From Ginglymostoma cirratum (taxonomy: Eukaryota): a DNA stretch of 64,000 bases. How positions within the stretch are numbered: position 1 is the stretch's first letter; every line of letters begins with the position of its first letter. The notes beneath the pieces were generated by a model. That model saw nothing but the letters and a program-made list of their open reading frames with translations. It searched no databases and was not told the DNA's origin. Below are positions 63,908-64,000 of this stretch, in pieces. The stretch is from assembly GCA_024137785.1 (NCBI GenBank), contig JAHRHZ010000223.1:27026617-27090616 (forward strand). Direction: 5' to 3'. Made by a program: the position numbers and the translations under genes.

Positions 63908-64000
63908 ATTTCTGAAGAAGGGTCCCAACCTGAAACATCAACTTTCCTGCTCCTATGATGCTGCCTGCCTGCTGTGCTCTCCAGCTCCACACTGTGTTAT
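63908..64000 (+). mobile_element. P1 PLE-derived element with hammerhead-like core, running off the window end
   Basis: CTGAAGAAGGGTCCCAACCTGAAACATCAACTTTCCTGCTCCTATGATGCTGC. Confidence 0.7.

Noticed and set aside
59471-64000. SPIRE2 exon 3
   Set aside because: No segment encoding the expected SLGFAIYRALDWGL-like motif was found. It presumably lies beyond the window.

Overview
Vertebrate, CpG-depleted and repeat-rich genomic DNA from a cartilaginous fish. An HE1 V-SINE, HER1/CR1 LINEs and Deu-domain SINEs point to a shark. Two genes lie head-to-head, as at human 16q24.3. FANCA is on the minus strand: coding exons 1-20 were reconstructed by hand from 39202 down to 636, all introns are GT-AG and in frame, and the gene continues beyond the left edge. 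SPIRE2 is on the plus strand (KIND-domain exon 1 at 49968-50250, exon 2 at 59427-59470). Almost all ORFs in the supplied track are spurious or retroelement debris. Introns and the intergenic region are filled with CR1, a second CR1-group LINE family, Tx1-type LINEs, several SINE families and Penelope-like elements (PLEs). The most notable signal is about a dozen short PLE-derived insertions, often fold-back. Many carry a minimal type I hammerhead ribozyme motif (CUGANGA-stem II-GAAA-CGUH), and several sit between 8-18 bp target-site duplications (TSDs). One copy (47443-47476, minus strand) has an intact catalytic core. Gene names, human exon sizes and repeat family names come from recall, not database searches, and repeat boundaries are approximate.
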